The notes below the pieces were generated by a model. It saw only the letters and a list, made by a program, of their open reading frames with translations, made no database searches and had not been told where the DNA came from. A stretch of 64,000 nucleotides of DNA, taken from Lingula anatina (lineage: Eukaryota; Animalia; Brachiopoda). Positions 1-12,200 of this stretch are shown here, piece after piece. Numbering within the stretch: the first letter of the stretch is position 1; each line of letters starts with the position of its first letter. Made by a program: the position numbers and the translations under genes. Location: contig CM120641.1 of the NCBI GenBank assembly GCA_051362555.1, positions 5,208,001 through 5,272,000 on the forward strand, read 5' to 3'.

Positions 1-27
1 AAATAAATAAATAAATAAATAAATAAA
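1..27. repeat. (AAAT)n microsatellite
   Basis: Read directly from the sequence. Confidence 0.8.
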
Positions 28-262
28 TTTAAAAAAATAAAAATTTTAAAAAATTCAGAATATACTGTAAACAACATGACATTAGAGTTTCCTTCAATTG
101 AAGTGCCCTCTTCAGAAATATCTAAACAAAGAACAAGTTATCTATCACGAAACATACAAAAACAATCATTCCAAAAATCAGTTACAAATTGTCAATAACT
201 TTATACTTGATATAGTAACAGTTCTGAACACAAAAATAAGTACACATTCATTCCCACTGTAC

Positions 263-3169
263 CTTCAAACACATAGGACACTGACGATTGTCATCTTCCT
301 TCTGTCCCCATTCATGCATTCCGTGCACATGCCCACAGTAGAGATAGACATGAGGCTGTTTCTCTGTGGCCATCAGTGTGCCCTTACTCTGCCTATGGGG
401 CAAGACTAGAGTGTTCAGACCAACAGGACACTGGGGCCGACCTGCATTGATCTTTTTTATTTCTTCTTCAAGTTCTTTTGGGCTCTGTAATGAGAAATAA
501 ATGACTTTAAATGGATCATGGGTTTTAACTGATGACTTTAAGTTTCTTATCGTTTTCATCAGCTTTTTTTTAAACTGGTAACATGTATTTGATTTACTTT
601 TCATTCCAGAACACAGCATGAGTGAAATAGCACAGCTTAAGACAAAAGACCTCAATTTTTTCTTTTTTCATGAGAAATCATCACTATGACTAACCAGAAA
701 CACTATGACTAACCAGGCCAGATGCAATTATATTATTGATTCTGCCTACAAAATTGGGGATTTTGTACTATTACTTCTCTGAAAGAAAGGGAAACCCTTT
801 AACATATTCACACTGCTCTAAGGGTTCATTCCCAATGAAACTGTTGTTCTACATAGATTGATCCAACTCCTCTGGGACTCTTGCTGAATGAAATCAGATT
901 AACACTGAATTAACAGCCCTCTTCCTAGCATTGAGTTGAATACAGCAAAGCTAGTGATTATACGTGTACATTAGAAACAAGAGGAGGCTTGTTAAAATAC
1001 TAATCAGATTGTATTCAGCAGGAGTCCCCACTGAGTGGAATCAATCTATGTTAGAGCTAGTTTCATTGAAAATGAGCCCTTAGTATAACTCACAGGTGAG
1101 GCTAGTAAGCCCAGTGCAGACCTCCACAGCAGAGTGGCACCACACAGATCTATCAGGGTTCCATCCCTAAGAACATTGTCTTCTTCTTCAATCTGAAAAT
1201 ACAATTCATATGAAAATACAATACAATTCAGATTTGAACTCTTTTAAGAAACCTTCATTTGACATGTAAGGAAATATATGCTTGCATCTACAACACTGCT
1301 TTGTAATCCAACTCAATTTTTGTACAAAGATTGTCATTTTCTTTGCCTTTCTCAAACTTGCATTAAATAAGTCACAAATGCAAATTTGGAAAATGACAGA
1401 TAGTTCATCTAGTACCTAACACTAATCTTCCATTGGTTTAATTGAATCGTTTAGCCCTCAGACCTACCACACAACTCTTCCCAGGTGTAGACCTGGACTC
1501 CCTGAGTGCATAGATGCCACCCCCTACAGACACCTCTCTCCACACCCCTGGCTTGGCATCCACTGTGAACCCACCCACTGGGTGCATGATGAGGATCCCA
1601 TTGGTGGTCAGCCCGTCTATCTCTCCATCTGTGTGCCATTTGGTAGCTTTTTCCTGGAAAGTAAAGGGGTGGGGAGGGGGATTAGAAATGAAAATGAACT
1701 TGTACCTTGTTGTGATAAAGGCTAACTGATTTTCCTCATGGGCAAATAAATCTGTTGATTTAGCTAACAAACTTCAAAATGCTGAAGTGTGATGGTGTTT
1801 ATTAACCTTGAAAATATTTCTGACTTAAAGTCTGTGTTTGTGATTAATTTCACAACAAATATATTTTGTCTTAACATATTAACGACTTTTTTTCAAATTC
1901 TCTCTTGACTGACAGTATCTGATATGTTTATATGACTGCCCACTTCTACTTCAATACTTACCCCAAGGAATATATTTCTATGAGAATCAAACCCAGCAGC
2001 AAATATTCTTGCAGTATAAGGAGGGTTCCTCTCCACAAGAATCCTACACGCAAACCTTGATATGGTGCTTTGAGACACAGTGTAATTATCAACCCTCTGA
2101 TCTCCAGGTACAGTATCCATGACAACAAAGTCAATGGGGCCTTCAGAAGACCTGCCAATCTGCAAAATGACATTTCAGCTATTATCATATTTCAAAACAC
2201 CAATCTGTATGACATCATGTTTATCTAGGAAATATGGGTCTCACTATTACACTTGCATGGTGGTCATCTTTAGGTCAAGCATAGGGGGCTATAGTAAAAG
2301 AGTCATAGTCAACTCAGACACCCAAACTGCCATATGTAGGACATAAAGACAACTAAGATCACCTTTAAACAATGAACTACATTTCGCATTAACTGAGAAG
2401 TTATCTTAAACTGTATCTTAACAATTGTTTGATGTTAATTGGTTATTTGTTAATTTGTTGGAATCTTAAAGAATTTCTTGGAAGGTGTTCTGGTACAATT
2501 TTCAAATATTCCTTGTCTTGAGGAAAGTCAGGAAGTAATATATACTTACTAACTGTGGTACATATAACATGTACTTGAAATAAGATTAACTAAATTTCCC
2601 AAGTGAAATACGAAAAAAAAGTAAGCTTCTAGAGCTTTCACTAATTTCCCCTAGAGAACAAACTTAAGGAAATTAACTATTTTGTAATAAGTATACTTTT
2701 CACAAAAAGAAAAATGAAATTTGAAGCACTTTCCTCAATAAGATGGTACATTATGCATTATCAACAATATCACTTCTAACACATTTGGAACAATTTGCTT
2801 TTCAAACAACATATATTCTTAAATGTGGTGATGAAGATAATGCATTTGAACTGACCCACTGGGTATTATTATTGGAACTTTCTCCCCAATTACCTGTTAG
2901 TTCTGAAACAGGGCCCTGGAGATGGCAGCTAATCACAGCAAAGGTATGAATTTATTGACACAGTGGACCTATGGTCTTTTAATTTTTTCAACAGACTAGA
3001 AGTTATCTACTTTGGCCATAAGAAATATAAAGGACAAAACAACCTATTACTTATTACCCAGTTTCACATCATTCTGGTTTAAATTCTTTGGCTAAATTTT
3101 TGTATTAAAAAAATTTATGCAAAAAGAAACACACACAAACACACAATACATATGAATGCATGCATGCAT

Positions 3170-3251
<82 letters not shown>

Positions 3252-6200
3252 CATATGCAAGCATCTTACCTGAAACATGTCAGTATCTTCATTGTGTACA
3301 TACTCTATTACTATGGCCTGATTTCTGGACAGGGTGAAAGACACAGAATGCTGCTTGGAATCTTGAACAACCTGGAAAAGAAAATAACATTCAATGTCTA
3401 TAATTGAACACATGTGTAAAGCTTGTGAGGCCATTTTTGAATCCTTATATGCCTTCAATTAAATAGAACATTTCATTTCAAAATACCACCATGTGCTAAT
3501 TTCTTAACAAATGTGAAAAATAAGAAACTTTTATACAGATAAAAATAATCTTTTTGTAATGAATAAATACTTTAGTCAGCAAAATGTAAATTTTTTTTTA
3601 ATTCGCTACACCTGTAAAACAGTTAAAAACAATATATATCCCCATATGGCTTCTTTGGCTGATAAAAAACCCATTATAAAAAATCACTGAGGCCTGATAA
3701 TAAAACTATCAGTTTTATTATTTTCTTCTCAGATAATTCAAACATCTTTTCGAGATTCTTTATGCCCCATAAAACTTGCACAAATCAATTTTTCTGCAGT
3801 GAGAATGCTACATAGGTTAACATTCCAAGTGCTATCTTAAATTCTCAGTTTCCCTGGTAAAAATACCAGTCAAACATCATAAAATCCCCACATCCCCACG
3901 CAAATGGGACATTTTCCCAGAAACACCTGTATTAATGGAGCTCAACAAACTATTTATAACCCTTCAAAATATGATACAGGAAGATTAATTTTTTTTTTTT
4001 TTTTTTTTTGCTCTGTTTGAAAATTACACTATTTCTTGAGGCGAATGGGAGCGATCCAGAAAAATCTGTGGTCAGGCTGTCCAAAACGATTAATGTTTGG
4101 ACATAAATAATATACCTAATGAAATGGTGTAATCATTAAAGGTGGACAGAGTATAGCATGTATTTGTAAGCAACAGCATGAATCTGGTTGAGTGCACATC
4201 ACATTTGTTGCTTGGAGACATGACTAATGGGTATAGTATATCTCCCATGAAAAAATTAGCAATGAAACATGTAACATTAACACAGATATTTCTTTGTGTA
4301 ATTCAGTACATCGCTGCCTGAAGCAGTCAATAAAATAACTGCTTGTTTCTGTTCATTGATTGCAAGGATGGAACAGAAAGTATTTGCAAACCAAATTCTC
4401 TCACATAAAGCCATGAAATCAAAGCAGTAGCAGTGCGTATAAAAATCCATCTTGTTTTAGTTATGGAAAAAACATTTCTACCAATGTTACAAAAGATACT
4501 TATTCTCTTCTAACTTTTTGGACATAGCTTTAATTTATTTAACTCACAGACTTAAAACATTTACATGTATCTTTTATGACAAAGCTCAACATACACCACA
4601 AATCATATTACTGTGCATTCCTTATCACATTTATTTCACTGGATGGATATCACCAGAAGTGCAAGTCTCCCATATAAAATGCTGACACTGCATAGATTCA
4701 TCATCTGGAGGGAAATCACCTGGATCTTCATGCCTAGTGTAATGAGAGGTTGGGATGATAGATGGCTATTGTTTATGTTTTGACTGCCTGACCCTGGAGG
4801 GAACATACCCAATGGGGTCATTCACACACACACTCACTGTCAAACACATGGGAAGCTACTGAAGCTGGATTTTCTCTGACAACAACTATTCAGACTGAAA
4901 AGGGGCCTTACTGCATGTGGTATGAGCGGACCTTAGTAGAGAAAAACAAATAGGTTCTCTCTGTAATACAATGATGGGTTCTATCTGTAAGGAGATGATG
5001 GGTTCTATCTGTAATGAGATGATGGGCTCTATTTGTAATAAATTGATGGGTTTTCTCTGTAATGTGTAATAAATTGATGGGTTTCATGACGGGTTCTCTA
5101 TGCAATAAAGTGATGGGTTCTCCTTGAAATGAAATGAAAGGTGAATCCTATCTCTGAAATGAAATGATGGGTTTTCTCTGAAATGAGATAATGGGTTCTC
5201 TGTAATAGGCTCACTGTAATCTACTCATCTGATGACAGCAGTTGGTCTATTTCCAGTTTTAGTCATGGTATCTGAACATGGCTTTATTTAGTTCTCTACT
5301 AGAACCCTATTCTGCTTCTGTCCTGACAAGTGAAATAAATTTCAAATCTAGAGAATCAAATATTCTTATATCATGGATACAGTGTACAATGCTACAACTG
5401 TGCATACTGGGCAGCACATCACCAGTACAGGAATATTTGGTAGAAAAGCACCTTCATGTCTTTAAGGGTGCATTCCCACAGATTTAGATCGATCCAGAGA
5501 TTTAGATTTAGATCGACCTAACTCCCTGGGGGTTCACGCTAAATTGCAGTCAGCCAAGCGCACCATAGTTAATTACCCCCTTACAGCTTTTGGTAGGCGG
5601 GACAGACGCTTAAGCCGGCTAAGCTGACAGTAATCTAGTGAGACTCCCCACAGGGATAGATCAATCTAAAATCTATGGGAATGGGGTCTAAGTCAGTATA
5701 TTCACTTTAAAAAGCATGCATCAAAAATAAATAAATGAATGAATAATGCATGGTACATAATTTGCAAATTTTATGTTTTGGATCATTGATCTGGGGACAA
5801 TATTCCAAAATATGGTGTTCCCTTATGTATCTGAGAAATTGTTTCTGTTCCACATCAGCACACTGTGCAGGACCTATAACCCAAATAATAGGCAACTATA
5901 GACCCTTGCAAAAGACCATACAATGGCTGACAAACAGGTAAACTAATTTGCTTAAAGCTAATAGCATGAAGACTTCTAGCCAATCAATCACCACTGATAT
6001 CAGCAAACAGCATGCCTTAAACCTGCTCAGTTATGTATCAAGAACTAAACACAACACTAATTAATGTTAATTGCCCCCAAAATCTCATCCAAGCATCACA
6101 TTTACATTCCTTCTACAGGATAATCCTCCTCTATGTGGTTAATTAGCATAATTTCCTAACAGTATATAAGTTGTTACTGGTCACTATCTTCTAATGGCTT

Positions 6201-9200
6201 ATTGATACTCCTTTAATTTATTCCTATTAGTAGTTTTCATCATTAATAAAGTGCACTAGTGCGTATCTAATGAAAGAGCAGATGACATTATGAAATTTAT
6301 ATTCCTTTTAAATATTTACATACAAATAAATAAAGAAATGAATACCCAGTGATTTTGTTTTTGGGTGGGTGAGAAAGAACTAGAAACTACTGCTTCACTG
6401 TAAATATATTCATTAACTGGGTACCCATCCCAGACTTTTTCTTTCTCCCCCTCCCCTCCCCCCCCCCCCCCCCCCCCCATTAAACTGTGACTTTTATAAA
6501 TATAGCAAACTGATGGATTATCCAAGCAAATGAGTGTTAAAGGTACTCATTCATCTAGAAAGATGTCACATGTAAATCCCAAAACATGTAATAATATCCA
6601 AAGCCTAGTTATGCTGCAGCAAGCTAACCCCCTGAATACAAAACACATCACATACCCTTAGGGGTAATCCCTGAAATAATGATCCAAAATTTAAAAAGTC
6701 ACACACTGCAGACACAAACAGTGACATATATAACTGGGTAAACACAATGTCAAACTATGAAGAAAATGGATTTTAATGATTATAATTTAGACTAATAATT
6801 CTGTCGACATACTTCCTAATTGAAATTAGGTCAATTTGATTGAATAAGAGCGCATTCTCAACGAATTAAGCCAGGCTTTACAAAGCCGGTGACCTAAAAA
6901 TGGCAGACGTACATGAAAGAAAAACCGCCTAATCTTTTAATAGTCTCTCCGCCTCTCACACGCCTCCCCACACGTCGTCCCTGCGGGGTACAGTAATTAA
7001 ATCTCGGCTCCGAACATTAATATTTCCGTGAATATCTCTGGTGATATTATCTCCGTAGATAGTCGATTCATTGCTGCTCTACGGGCCAAATTATTCCTTT
7101 TTCGTCTCTGTTTTCAAAGATAATAGAACAGAAGAGCTTTTTTCCTTCGATCGCCTTCAGCCGCCATGCTTTCTTCACCACGAGTTTAACTGATGAGCAT
7201 GCGCACTTAATATTTCTCAGGTAGCTTCCGCATGGCGAACGGAGCCGAGATTTAATTACTGTACCCCGCAGGGACGACGTGTGGGGAGGCGGAGAGACTA
7301 TTAAAAGATTAGGCGGTTTTTCTTTCATGTACGTCCGCCATTTTTAGGTCACCGGCTTTGTAAAGCCTGGCTTAATTCGTTGAGAATGCGCTCTAAGCAT
7401 AAGAGCAGAGCTAAGCATATGAGACTCCTCTACCAAGTTATCCTGACTCCAGTAGTACAAAATGTATAGCATGACCAGGTCATCTTGATAAATACTATAA
7501 TCACAGATTTTTATTATGCCTAGATATAACAGTCTCCATCACAATGCACTGAAAACCATGCATGTCTAAACAGTATAATTTACATAGAATATCTAATTTC
7601 CTTGTTGTAGGGGAGCCAGTGTCCATAGATTCATGAAGTACAGTTATTTCTTTATGCTTCCAACAAAGACAAAGACTGATTTCAAAGCTGGACAAAAACA
7701 AAAATTGTGGACTAATATATATCACATGCAAACTATTGTCCAGCAGATATGAGGAGGAACTCTTTCTATTTTTGCCATAAGGATGTCATAGCATGTGTAA
7801 TGATAATGACAATTATCTTTGACACAGTCAGCAGTCAAGGCACAATCCGTGAGTATTATGAAACATTCTCTTACAATATGCTGCCTCTTAAGCTTTTCCT
7901 TCATTTTAAATTAAATCTTATCTGCCTTTAAAATATTTTTGAAAACACCTATTCTAACAGCAAGGTGACCATTGATATGCATGGGGCCTCAAAGTATGGT
8001 CAGTATTATATCAATGGGATACTTCACATATGACTAGACAATACAGTCTTTATAACAGTGGAAATTATCTGAAATGGTCAAATAATAAGGATGTCTGTAC
8101 TGCATGATGCCATACGAGACTAAAAAAACTTGAGAGAAATTGATGCACAGTGGGGCTCCCCTTTGAACAACAAGGGTGAAACTTATGCTTCAGGAATATC
8201 CTCTTTGAAAGAAATACAAAAGTACCATGCAAAATATGGTGAATATGAATTCTGTTGTGCAAAGGCCTGTTATTCTGCAGAAGTTAAAACATTCAACAAT
8301 CAGAAAATATATGGATAACTTCTATAAGCTCTCATTTATTGTGACATCACTCTTGCAAGACTGTCATTATTTCTGACCCACTCTCCTCCAAATTCCATGA
8401 CTTCACCTTTAGATGTGAGACTTTGGTCCAACTCTGATACTTCAATTGTTACTTATACAACATATTCTTGATAAAAATATTCAACACTATTCATATTTCA
8501 GCTGCTTTATTTGACTGTTCTGCTGATCCAGATGGGTGTGTTGCTGGTGCTCAATGTGTGAATGTCCCATGGGCTATATTTATAGATAACATTTCTCGTC
8601 GATGTTTCTGCGCGCCAGGGACATATCCCTCATCCATGGGTACTTGTGCACCAAGTAAGTATGGTGGTCAAATTATCTGTGAAATATCAAAGTACATGTG
8701 TCTTGCCTTCACTATGGGTCAGCTGTATTCCTCTTTTTCGAATTATGCAAAAATATACCATATAATAGCTTTTGAATGCTGATATGTCTAAGTAATTCCA
8801 CGAGTATGAATAGTAACTTTTTCAGAGATCACTGCTTTTAGGCACCATTTTAAAATAATTTTGTCATCTTGCTACTTAAATGTTGATGCACACTACAAAA
8901 GGGAAACACTAAAATATTAGTACCCTCCCTTCGATTTCTCTATATCTATAAAAAATAAGTTCATCTGATGCAACACATCTACTGTGCTCTTCTACATCTG
9001 TTATTAATCTTTTATTAAATATTTTTGACAAAGTTGGAGGAGCTCCGTGTCTAGACAACACAGACTGCCTAGTTAGATCAGTGGACTGCACAGGAGTGAT
9101 CAACCTTCTCCTAAGCCAGGGCAATGTTGACAGGGGCATTGTTTCACTAATCGCAAAGGTAAGCTACCTAGAACTCATGCATCCTCTCAAATTCATGTGC

Positions 9201-12200
9201 TACACCAATAGAAAATGTGGGACCTTTCATAATAAACATTTTTTTTGGTTAAATTTAATTGAAGAAGTCACAACATGATAATAGACTAGTATTTAATTTG
9301 ACCACACTTTTAGGCTTAATTCACATGCAATGTCTATTTTCTAAATTCTATTTTCTATTCGCGCTATCTTATGATCACGGTCTGTGCCCTGAATATCCCT
9401 TATAGTAACTGGCTCGCGCTGCCAGTAATTACGCCGCGGGATATTCAGGGCACAGATAGTGATCATAAGACGTACCGCAAATAGAAAATAGAATTTAGAA
9501 AATAGACATTGCATGTGAATGAAGCCTTACCCTTTTCTTAGTTTCATATAAAATTAATGCTTTCATAACTTGGGGTTAAAATCATAATAAATCAATCAAT
9601 ATGAAGATTCAATAGCAATATAACACTTAACAAAGACATTCAACCCTATGCTTTGACTCTTCCTTATTTAAGAGAAATCTTCAAAAATATAATGCTGTCT
9701 TAAATGTGCTGTAAATGTAAGTTAGTCCTATGTACTTGTTACATAGAAACCAATGCTTATGGTCATCTAGGTCCAGTCAGACTGAAGAGAGAACAAATAG
9801 TCACAATAATTTATTATCTATTCTACCAATAAATTTATAGAATGGCAAATGGTATCAGATTTATAAATGCTTAGGATTTTAGTGCCATCTTTTGCAGGTT
9901 TCTGCTTTACTGTGCCCCCAGGTCACTAAACCCCAGTTCATAGAAATGAACCAGAGTCAATTTCTTTCCAATTATCTCTTATACCAGTGTAGCAATAGGC
10001 TCTGTGTCACGCCACCAGCAGCAGGTAATATTTGTTTTATTAGGGGAAGAATGGTTTAAACCCTCAGATCCTGAACATGACAGGATGTGTGGACCCCCCC
10101 CCCCCCCCCCCGCCCCCCACCCACCCACCCACACAACTAAAGATCTGATTAAGTTTGGTCTAAATGGTTTGAAGGTTTACCTCGTAAAAGCAGTTTCCTC
10201 ATATCATGTTATACATTGCAATGTTTTCTTTTTTTCAAATAATTATTATACATATACTGTATACATAAATACCTTACCAAATTGTTCTTAAATCATAGGT
10301 GCGACAACCCTGTAAATATATTAACTATGTTTGACTTATGATTTTTTTCTTTTATTTCAGATGCCAAATTTATAGCCTCCATCCTATTTTTCCTATTTGA
10401 CAATCAGATTGTCTTAAGCATATAGTCATACAACAGCCTTGATATCTGAGACTTCTTTCTTCAAATCCTGTGTTCTTTCTTCTAAGACGGTATAGTGGCC
10501 TTAAAGTATAGTGCATTGTGACATAGGGTGCACTCAGAATAAAACTATCATACTAAGTAGATCAATCCACCTCTTTGGGGACTCTCGCTGAACGCACTCA
10601 GATTAACTGAAAAACATGCCTCCTTGAGCAGCTAGGGGGTGATTAACTTTCATGTGTGCTCTGATTCTGAATGTTTTTTCACTTGGTTTTGAGTGCGACC
10701 AAATACACAAGTTTGACTGATCTATCCAGTATGATAGTTTCATTGTAAATGCAAATATAAACTCAGATGAGTTAAACTCACTGTCAGAAAAGGTGTTTGT
10801 GCAAAGTGGAGGACATGCGCAAAACTCATTCAAGAGAATTTGTGTGGTATACATTTTAAAATATAGCTAATTTTCTCAGACAATTTGACAATTTTTGTCA
10901 CCCTCCGTCTTTTTTTCCAATTTGTTATAACTTTATTCCATCTATAAGTAATAGTTGGGTTTAGGCTGTAAGTAAATGTCCTAGTGGGCTGACAGTGCAT
11001 TGGACTAAATCAAGATCAACCTGAGTAACAGTGACAGAGAACTGAACTTACAGTTATATCTTAAAGACGAGAATTGTTATTGTCAAAATTTAAGTTATAT
11101 AAATTGATTAGCATTACACAACTAGAAAAGCACTCAGAGAGTGCCAATTCCGTCAAGGCAGCTCAAGTCTCTTTATTATCTATTAAGTAGTTAAACAATT
11201 AAGTAGCTTATTTCCCATTATTATTTATTATTAGACAAATTATTAATTAACAAATTAATTAATAGTTAATTAATATAAATTTCGAAATTGTTACTGATAT
11301 TTATATATGCAGCCCCTAAAAACCCTGGTTGAAAAATCTTGTGCATTGTGATATCAACAACACAGAAGATACAAATACTAAAAACAAGAACAGCAAACTT
11401 TAAGTAGAAAAAACAGCTCTCACACTTTATTTATTTATTTATCATTTTTTTGGTTCTGTATTAATTTAGAGTATTTTTCATTTGTATAAGTGACCAACAG
11501 AAACTGATGATTAACATTTTGTTTAACAGCATTTTGAATGTGCTCATTAGTATAAATGTCATTTGACACCTTCATGCTGGTGTAAATGAACCATCAAAAA
11601 TCTGAAATAAAAGCTTTAAGCTTCATGTAAATAAATGAATCCAACAGACAATTATTTCTGTTTTTTTTAATCTATAAACTAACAGTCAATTAAATGTCGA
11701 AATATTGCACCCTTAAGTTGGCCTTACTCCAGCCAATCCCCCCTTAATTCATTCCCCCTGCCAACCAACAATTCAAAAAAGTATTAACTTTTCTTAAATG
11801 GGTTGTGACACTGACATATGCCTTCATATAACTCATGTGACTGCAGTCCTATTAAAACAACCCCCCACCCACCAAAAAAGGACTCACACCTCAATTAAGT
11901 ACATATTATTAAAGTATTTATCACAGTCCATTGCAGTGCTATATGCTTTGTGCAGAGGTACTTAGCCTCCGTATAATGTCTCAATGTTGTCATCAGAAAG
12001 CTTCCCAGGAGACTATTCATTTAACATTACATCCTGATGCATTTACATGTAAAGGGAAGCCATTCAGGTTTGACAAACCAAAGATAAAATCCACTCATTA
12101 TTAGTCACTTGTACTTCCTGTGTTATTAGAGCAGACCACTTCCTGGCCAAGATTCATGCTTGACCACTACCAGACATCACTTAAGACCCGTTCCAATACC

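Noticed and set aside
3152-3407. His-Thr repeat ORFs (and the CV-repeat ORF at 21391-21600)
   Set aside because: Translations of (CA)n/(TG)n microsatellites.
4908-5105. 65-aa His/Thr-rich ORF
   Set aside because: Translation of the 24-bp minisatellite.
8130-8318. 62-aa ORF within intron 1 of the nested gene
   Set aside because: No supporting splice sites and no recognisable domain. The nested gene's exons join without it.
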